This document shows, in pieces, positions 62,210-64,000 of a stretch of 64,000 bases of DNA. The position numbers were made by a program, and so were the translations under genes. Where the stretch lies: positions 47,850,150 to 47,914,149 of the forward strand of contig NC_092379.1 of NCBI RefSeq assembly GCF_030028105.1, written 5' to 3'. Within the stretch, counting starts at the first letter, position 1. Each line of letters opens with the position of its first letter. Under the pieces are notes generated by a model. That model ran no database searches and had not been told where the DNA came from. It worked only from the letters and a program-made list of their open reading frames with translations. Source of the stretch: Mobula birostris. Its lineage: Eukaryota.

Positions 62210-62380
62210 AATACAAGCGATTACGCAGATACTGGAAATCCAGAGTAGCACACACTAAACGCTGGAGGAACTCAGCAGGTCAGGCAGCATCACGAAGGGT
62301 CTCTGCCCCAAATGTTGACTCTATTCCTCTCCGTGAGTTCTGCCTGACCAGCGGAGTTCCTCCAGCATTTTGTGTGTGTG
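62210..62380. mobile_element. fold-back Penelope terminal-repeat unit
   Basis: ACACAC...GCTGGAGGAACTCAGCAGGTCAGGCAG mirrored by CTGCCTGACCAGCGGAGTTCCTCCAGCATTTTGTGTGT around a decayed hammerhead segment. Confidence 0.8.
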
Positions 62381-63686
62381 AGAGTCCAGATAAGCTCAAG
62401 GGCTAAAACTTCTTCAACACTTGGATCCCTCTTCCTGCTCCACACACGGTCACACCCTCCTGTTCCGGATGACTGACTGAACTTGATGTAGTTAATGCAA
62501 AGTGTATGACTGCCTCCTGAGCCAGTGTGCAGGTAGTTCTCCCTCTCACTGATGTGTCACTGTGTTTGGAGCTAAGACTGCAGCTCATCGAGCAACCAAC
62601 ACTTGCAATAGATGCCCGGAATTATTGCAGGGTCCACATGCAGCTACAGCACATTACAGTTACTTTACCTCATTAATATTGCTTAAATCCAAATACTTTA
62701 ATTCGTATTGTTTAAATTACAAACACATACTGACTGAACAATTTACCTTAGCAATTGAAGAAAGGGAAGTTAAAGGATCTTGCCTGGTCTTAGCTGGGCC
62801 TGCTCGGGAAGCGGTTGCAAGAGCCTTGGGTGCCACACCACCATGTTGAGGAACAGTTATTGCCCTTCACTCACCTCAACTCTGAACTGATTCCACAACC
62901 TACAGACTCACTCTCAGGGATTCTACAGCCCGTGTTCTTGATTGTATTCATTTATCTTTTGATCTGCACAATTTGTCTTCTTTTGCACTTTGGTTGTTTG
63001 TCAGTATTTGTTCATGTATAGTTTTCATAAATTATATTGTATTTCTTTATTTTCTTGTAAATGCTGCCAGAAAGTGAATGTCAAGGTGGCGTATGCTGTA
63101 TGTACTTTAATAATACGTTTCCTTTGACACTCAAACTCTGGCTGTTCTGCTAGAACCTGCCTCCTTGATTGGTCTCCCAATTAACCAATCAAAAGCAACT
63201 CTCTTCAAAGCTTATTGGGGCTGTTAGTCTTTGCTACTGCTGTCCTCCAAGAAAATGAGCCCAACAAACTGCCAGGTTGTTGTCCCATGTTATCCAATAT
63301 TGCAGCTCCTCCTCTGCTCCCTCCCTTCTCTCTTGCCTCCACTTTTATAACGTTTGTAGTGGTTGTACCCTGGAACATTGAGGTGTCAGCCCTTCCCCTC
63401 TCTCAACCACGTTTCTGTCATATTTCATCCACGCTCTGAGTTCATCTGCCTTGCCTTTCCAGCTTTTTGCATGTTTAGACCATCAGACACCCCTTACTCC
63501 CTGGCCTGCTTACTGGACTTGCTTCATCTCCTATATTTACCCAGGCTTTCTCATTTGCCACACTGCTGCTTTGGGCGCCACCGTCCTGCCTGACGAGTTA
63601 AATTGTCATGCTCCCAGATATTTTATCCACTCTGCAGGACCTCATCTTCATTTGTTTCTGTCATAGATCCCAGTGTGTATGACAAT

Positions 63687-63749
63687 CTCTCTCCATCTAT
63701 CTATCTATCTCTCTATCTCTCTATCTCTATCTCTATCTCTCTCTCTCTC
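63687..63749. repeat. (CT)n/(CTAT)n microsatellite
   Basis: Read directly. Confidence 0.9.
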
Positions 63750-63900
63750 AGTCATGTTTTGCGACTGCTCTCAGACATTCTTCACTCTGGCGCCCAGAGG
63801 GCAACATACAATCCTGTCGTCTCATTCTCAGCCACAAGCCACAAAATCTCCTGTCTGCCCTGCTCGTGTCACTCTGCTCTCCTCGTCTCCACTGTCCGTT
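63750..63900 (-). mobile_element. CR1 ORF1 (SGNH esterase-like) remnant
   Basis: RADRRFCG...RRIVCCPLGARVKNV-like motif on the minus strand (frameshifted). Confidence 0.6.
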
Positions 63901-64000
63901 GCTGTGCATCGGAGCCAGTTGTGCCTCAGACCTGGCGACTGCTGCTGCAGTTCTCAGAAAGGTCCTGTCTACTCCCACGACCTTTCCAGGTGGTTACCCA

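Larger units (their letters stand above)
58010..62600 (-). mobile_element. old, heavily decayed CR1 (ORF2 to ORF1) with several nested insertions
   Basis: MKEHLGDSDHNMIEF (endonuclease), RT-like remnants at 58.95-60.0 kb, and ORF1 esterase-like VVVTGD...DRCVACLVPG at ~61.95-62.1 kb. Confidence 0.75.

Overview
Vertebrate nuclear DNA. The repeat content (CR1/HER1-like LINEs, HE1-like SINEs, Rex1/Babar, Penelope-like elements) suggests a cartilaginous fish, probably a ray or skate; this is an inference. One clear protein-coding gene is present: a GC-rich, single-coding-exon C2H2 zinc-finger gene on the minus strand (29607-30848, 413 aa, 11 fingers arranged 8+3, no KRAB/SCAN/BTB). Its CpG-island promoter lies at ~36.0-36.35 kb, and a second NRF1/YY1/RFX-rich, probably bidirectional promoter lies at ~36.45-37.05 kb. 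Most of the rest is nested, decayed transposable elements (CR1, Rex1/Babar, Penelope/GIY-YIG, Nimb/I, Tx1, RTE-X, hAT-Charlie, Tigger/pogo, a 6-bp-TSD MITE, tRNA-derived SINEs), two long minisatellites (30-bp and 25-bp units) and two N gaps. The most notable signal is a minimal type-I hammerhead ribozyme motif in the abundant Penelope-derived terminal repeat. Several copies form compact fold-back units, one inserted into a LINE with a TSD-like duplication. The zinc-finger protein also carries a Bim/Bmf-type LC8-binding motif (DKGTQT). TE family calls come from remembered motifs, not database searches, and TE boundaries are approximate.
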